From the NCBI RefSeq assembly GCF_006345805.1, contig NW_021824582.1, forward strand, positions 1 through 21,274: a stretch of DNA of 21,274 nucleotides, given 5' to 3'. Shown here piece after piece: positions 19,803 to 21,274 of the stretch. The notes below the pieces were generated by a model, which had not been told where the DNA came from, searched no databases, and saw nothing but the letters and a program-made list of their open reading frames with translations. Position 1 is the first letter of the stretch. Every line of letters begins with the position of its first letter. The position numbers and the translations under genes were made by a program. The stretch is from Octopus sinensis (lineage: Eukaryota).

Positions 19803-20565
19803 AAAATAATAATAATAATGAAATTATTGTATACAGTGCTCAGGTGCACCACAACTTGTCAGAAAGTGCGTATAAGGTGTATGCAGTAATGTACAAATGT
19901 CTGGAAAGCGAACAATGTATGAGTCAGATACATGCTTGTGTGTGTATGGAGGGGAGGAAATCAGGTGTAGTGTTGGCGAATCTCAGAAAGCATGGAAGTT
20001 TTGAAGGATGCAGTGCTCAGACAATTAACAACTGATGCCGGGAGGTTGTTCCATGCTTCAGCGTGTGTATGGAGGGGAGAAAATCAGGTGTAGTGTTGGC
20101 GAATCTCAGGAAGCATGGAAATTTTGAAGGATGCAGTTCTCCGACAACTAACAACTGATGCCGGCAGTTTGTTCCATGCTTGCGTGTCTATGGAGGGGAG
20201 AAGATCAGGTGTAGTGTTGGCGAATCTCAGAAAGCATGGACGTTTTGAAGGATGCAGTACTCAGACAATTAACAACTGATGCCGGCAGGTTGTTCCATGC
20301 TTGTGTGTGTATGGAGGGGAGAAAATCAGGTGTAGTGTTGGCGAATCTCAGAAAGCATGGAAGTTTTGAAGGATGCAGTGCTCAGACAACTAACAACTGA
20401 TGCCGGCAGGTTGTTCCATGCTTGTGTGTGTATGGAGGGGAGAAAATCAGGTGTAGTGTTGGCGAATCTCAGAAAGCATGGAAGTTTTGAAGGATGCAGT
20501 GCCCCAACAACTAATAACTGATGCCGGCAGTTTGTTCCATGCTTCAGCAACTCTCAGCGTGAAAA
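19803..20565 (-). mobile_element. CR1-type LINE 3' end, 5'-truncated, with an (ATT)n tail
   Basis: Minus-strand translation FTLRVAEAWNKLPASVISCWGTASFKTSMLSEIRQHYT* fits the CR1/L2 ORF2 C-terminal pattern (RV..WN.LP..V...S...FK); 3' UTR ends ATAATTTCATTATTATTATT. Confidence 0.85.
19931..20544. repeat. Five tandem ~121-bp units derived from the LINE ORF2 end and 3' UTR start
   Basis: CATGCTT at 19931, 20052, 20175, 20296, 20417 and 20538. Confidence 0.97.
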
Positions 20566-21274
20566 GTCATATCGGAAATGAATAAGAGAAAATTAATTTG
20601 GTGGATTATTACACATACATGGTACAACAGGTCACATATCGACAAAAGGAAACTTGAAATTTCGAAGAAAATTGTGATGTGCGCCAGTGTGTGTGTGTGT
20701 GTGGTTGCTCATTATTCTTTCTTTCCACATTAAATTCCAATATAATCGCATTTTACACACACTGTAACGTATTTGTAGAAAATTACCTTAGAAAATAACC
20801 CATTTTTGTTAAAGTTCTGAGCAAACACAGACAAATCGTGTGAATTTTACGAAACTCATCTTTCCGCCGACAGACAAATTTGTTTCGCTACAAATTCCGA
20901 TATAATCAGAATGATCACCATCTGAAGCGTATTAACAGAAAATTTAATTAAATATGGCCGTTTGGCGGGGAGTTATGAGGAAACAAATTCGGTGCGTCGC
21001 ACACATCTGTGAGAATGGCTGCCTTCCGAAGTCGGGTCTTCTGCTGGAAATCGCTGTTCCAGTCGGAAAGCTTCTCGGATGTCCTCTCCCGCATCTGTGC
21101 GTGTTGGTGGGACATTACCATCAAATCCAAGCACCATTTGAGTCGTCTCTTTTCCTCGCTAACATTTCTCTCTCTCTCTCTCTCATTCTCTAATTCTTTC
21201 TTTCTTTCTCTCTGAGTGTTATGTTGCAGCCCTGCCCAACCATCAGAATCTCCTCACCTGACCTAAGACCGACA

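Noticed and set aside
19931-20544. Regular ~121-bp array as a possible CRISPR or functional RNA array
   Set aside because: No unique spacers, eukaryotic context, and the unit is a LINE ORF2/3' UTR fragment
20948-21215. Three overlapping short ORFs near the window end as an exon
   Set aside because: No recognisable protein family, and the region partly belongs to the diverged inverted repeat

Overview
Repeat-saturated, AT-rich eukaryotic non-coding DNA (intergenic or intronic). I find no supportable intact protein-coding gene. The SINE families resemble those I recall from Octopus genomes, so a cephalopod origin is likely (recall-based inference, no search run). Contents: at least four tRNA-derived SINE families, non-autonomous Helitrons, two mariner-type MITEs, two decayed RTE LINE 3' fragments, a CR1-type LINE 3' end carrying an internal 5x ~121-bp amplification, many (TA)n/(ATT)n/(GA)n microsatellites and a ~2-kb polypurine tract. 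The long ORFs in the track are low-complexity artefacts. The most interesting signal is a tRNA-headed SINE whose tail carries a minimal type-I hammerhead ribozyme core of the kind known from Penelope-like elements. It occurs in three copies (two as a head-to-head palindrome at 527-912, one at 8148-8303). Each copy is degenerate, but together they reconstruct an intact CUGAUGA/stem II/GAAA core.
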